From: a virus
Lineage: Duplodnaviria > Caudoviricetes
DNA: 47,829 nucleotides
Reading direction: 5' to 3' (one strand)
Virus record (IMG/VR): IMGVR_UViG_3300014656_000042
Span: 1-47,829 of that record
The notes under the pieces: model-generated
What the model was told of the DNA's origin: nothing
The model's database searches: none
Seen by the model: the letters and a program-made list of their open reading frames with translations, nothing else
Made by a program: the position numbers and the translations under genes
Shown here: in pieces, positions 46,201-47,829 of the stretch
How positions within the stretch are numbered: the first letter of the stretch is position 1
Layout of the letters: each line of letters opens with the position of its first letter

Positions 46201-46458
46201 ATGATAAAGCCTCAAGATGCAGGGGATTTACTAAACGAATTAATGTATCACATTTCATTTTCCCATTGTGATATGGGTGGAAAGCATCGTTACGTTTTAC
46301 GGGCTGATGGTTGGCCGGTAGTTTCAAAGATTAAGGCATGGCAAGCCAAACAAGCCGATCCAGTGGACAGGAATTTAGTGGTGTGCCCAGGCTGCGGGTA
46401 CAAATCTGACCCGGTTTTACACTGCGAAAAGTGCGGCCAGAATAGGCCGCTGATCTAA
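46201..46458 (+). CDS. hypothetical protein with C-terminal Zn ribbon encoded within an attC
   Basis: CPGCG...HCEKCG lies inside attC 9. Confidence 0.65.
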   Translation: MIKPQDAGDLLNELMYHISFSHCDMGGKHRYVLRADGWPVVSKIKAWQAKQADPVDRNLVVCPGCGYKSDPVLHCEKCGQNRPLI

Positions 46459-46467
46459 TCGTTAGAC
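46345..46467 (+). other. attC-like site 9 (123 nt)
   Basis: GCCAAAC-AAGCC-GAT(C)CAGTGG...CCGCTGATC-TAATC-GTTAGAC. Confidence 0.7.
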
Positions 46468-46483
46468 TTTTTGGAGATAAATT

Positions 46484-47311
46484 ATGGCATTAGAAAAACA
46501 AGAGGCATGTCAGCTTTATATTGAGCAGGAAATAGAAACCGGACTTGAAAAGGGACAAACGCCATATCAGATAGGTAAGCAGGTAGCTGAATGGGTGGAA
46601 AAGCTGTTCGAGGTGGCGGTTAAACCGGATACGATTAGAAAGAGGGCCGACAGACAATTAAGGACAAATGTCCATAGTGACTTAACCGATGGAAATAATG
46701 AGGAAAACGAGGAAAAACCGGTTAAACCGGTAATTGTGAGGAACGAACAAGGCCAGTTCAGCGAAGGAACAAAAATAGCTGGGCCAGGCCGTCCTCCGAA
46801 GTTTAAAGCAGTAGAGCCAGCACATCGAACCCAATTCACTGGTGAGAATGAATGGTATACGCCAATAGAGTACATAGAAGCTGCACGAGAAGTATTAGGC
46901 TGTATTGATTTAGATCCCGCATCTTCTGAATTTGGCCAGAGAAGAGTTTTGGCGCAAGATTTTTATACAAAAGAAACTGATGGTTTAACAAAGGAATGGA
47001 CGGGTAATATTTGGTTGAATCCTCCATATTCACAACCAAGCATTTCACAGTTTATTGAAAAAGCTGTTTTAGAATGGGATGAAGGCCGAATAAAAAAAGC
47101 TATTATTTTAACTCATAATTACACAGACACTGCATGGTTCCATATAGCAGAATCAAGGGCAAAAAACTTATGTTTTACACGAGGGAGAATAAAGTTTGAA
47201 TCTTCTGATGGGAAGATTGCTGCCCCAACTCAAGGCCAATGTTTTTTTTATTATGGAAATAATGGTAATAAATTTAAAGAGGTTTTTATAAAATATGGTT
47301 TTATCAGGTAA
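46484..47311 (+). CDS. phage DNA N6-adenine methyltransferase (Dam-like) with N-terminal extension
   Basis: NEWYTP, IDLDPAS, WLNPPYS, TDTAWF and RGRIKF. Confidence 0.85.
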   Translation: MALEKQEACQLYIEQEIETGLEKGQTPYQIGKQVAEWVEKLFEVAVKPDTIRKRADRQLRTNVHSDLTDGNNEENEEKPVKPVIVRNEQGQFSEGTKIAGPGRPPKFKAVEPAHRTQFTGENEWYTPIEYIEAAREVLGCIDLDPASSEFGQRRVLAQDFYTKETDGLTKEWTGNIWLNPPYSQPSISQFIEKAVLEWDEGRIKKAIILTHNYTDTAWFHIAESRAKNLCFTRGRIKFESSDGKIAAPTQGQCFFYYGNNGNKFKEVFIKYGFIR

Positions 47312-47738
47312 AGGTTTTAATCCCATGCGATGGGATTGTGAAAAACAAGGGTGTTTCAATGTGAAAAGACGGCCTAAAATAGAAGTGTTTCATGATTGTT
47401 TTCCCGGTAGAATAAATTTTGGAGATGTTGATGGTATTGTTGAAATTAATGGTAAAGGATTGATGCTTGAATGGAAAACTTCTATGAAAAACCTGTCCTT
47501 CCCTCTTGGACAAAGAATCATGTATGAACGACTGACCTCTGATTATAGATTAACTGTTTTAAGTATTATAGGTGATGCGGAAACAATGGATTGTCAAAAA
47601 TATTGTATTTTTTTTGGCGGGAATCAGGGAAAATGGATTGATGCTGGCTTAGATGAAATAAAAACACGTATTAAAAAATGGGTATCATGGGCAAAGTCTA
47701 ACCAAGCGGTTCAGCCGATGCCTAACGGCACTGGCTGA
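47295..47738 (+). CDS. PD-(D/E)XK-like hypothetical protein
   Basis: GDVDGIVE....LMLEWK...GQR; overlaps the MTase gene. Confidence 0.55.
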   Translation: MVLSGKGFNPMRWDCEKQGCFNVKRRPKIEVFHDCFPGRINFGDVDGIVEINGKGLMLEWKTSMKNLSFPLGQRIMYERLTSDYRLTVLSIIGDAETMDCQKYCIFFGGNQGKWIDAGLDEIKTRIKKWVSWAKSNQAVQPMPNGTG

Positions 47739-47752
47739 CCTTAATGTTATGT
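47696..47752 (+). other. attC-like site 10
   Basis: GTCTAAC-CAAGC-GGT(T)CAGCC...GGCTGACC-TTAAT-GTTATGT. Confidence 0.85.
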
Positions 47753-47777
47753 TTTAATTCCAAAGGAGATAAAATAA

Positions 47778-47829
47778 ATGGATTGTGCAGAAAAACAATG
47801 TCTCTCTGTTAAAATAAAGGCTTTTACAG
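47778..47829 (+). CDS. next cassette ORF (partial)
   Basis: AGGAG RBS after R'; MDCAEKQCLSVK... runs off the window end. Confidence 0.55.
   Translation, partial: MDCAEKQCLSVKIKAFT

Larger units (their letters stand above)
44314..47829 (+). mobile_element. integron-like cassette array C (attI-like site, 4 attC, continues past the window end)
   Basis: Cross pairing GTTATCT/AGATAAC, GTTGTCT/CGACAAC and GTTAGACTTT/AAAGTCTAAC; genes at 44898-46173 lack individual attC sites. Confidence 0.7.

Noticed and set aside
1-47829. Circular or complete genome, with R' GTTATGT (47746) pairing to ACATAAC (3838)
   Set aside because: Both window ends cut ORFs on opposite strands, no terminal overlap is visible, and replication genes are missing. 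The heptamer match is probably coincidental.

Overview
The window is most of a tailed (podovirus-like) phage genome. A + strand late module (4560-37857) encodes TerS, a GpA-type TerL, a P22-like portal, a scaffold, an N4-gp56-type major capsid gene split by an ORF-less group I intron (12064-12436), tail and ejection proteins including a 3272-aa polyvalent protein, and lysis genes. A convergent - strand recombination module (38080-43992) and a divergent Cro-like/early region (44101-end) follow. The left end has a RadC/JAB gene behind a sigma54-type promoter, about 1.5 kb of non-coding repeat-rich DNA, an orphan Panacea (DUF4065) antitoxin and a tRNA-Gly. The most striking signal is integron-type gene cassettes in the accessory regions. 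There are ten attC-like sites in three loci, and their core sites pair across neighbouring cassettes as expected after recombinase-mediated G|TT insertion. Two arrays open at a shared attI-like motif (TTACACTTATTRCYCTG|TTA). No integrase, polymerase or helicase is recognisable in the window. All protein calls come from motif recognition, not database searches.
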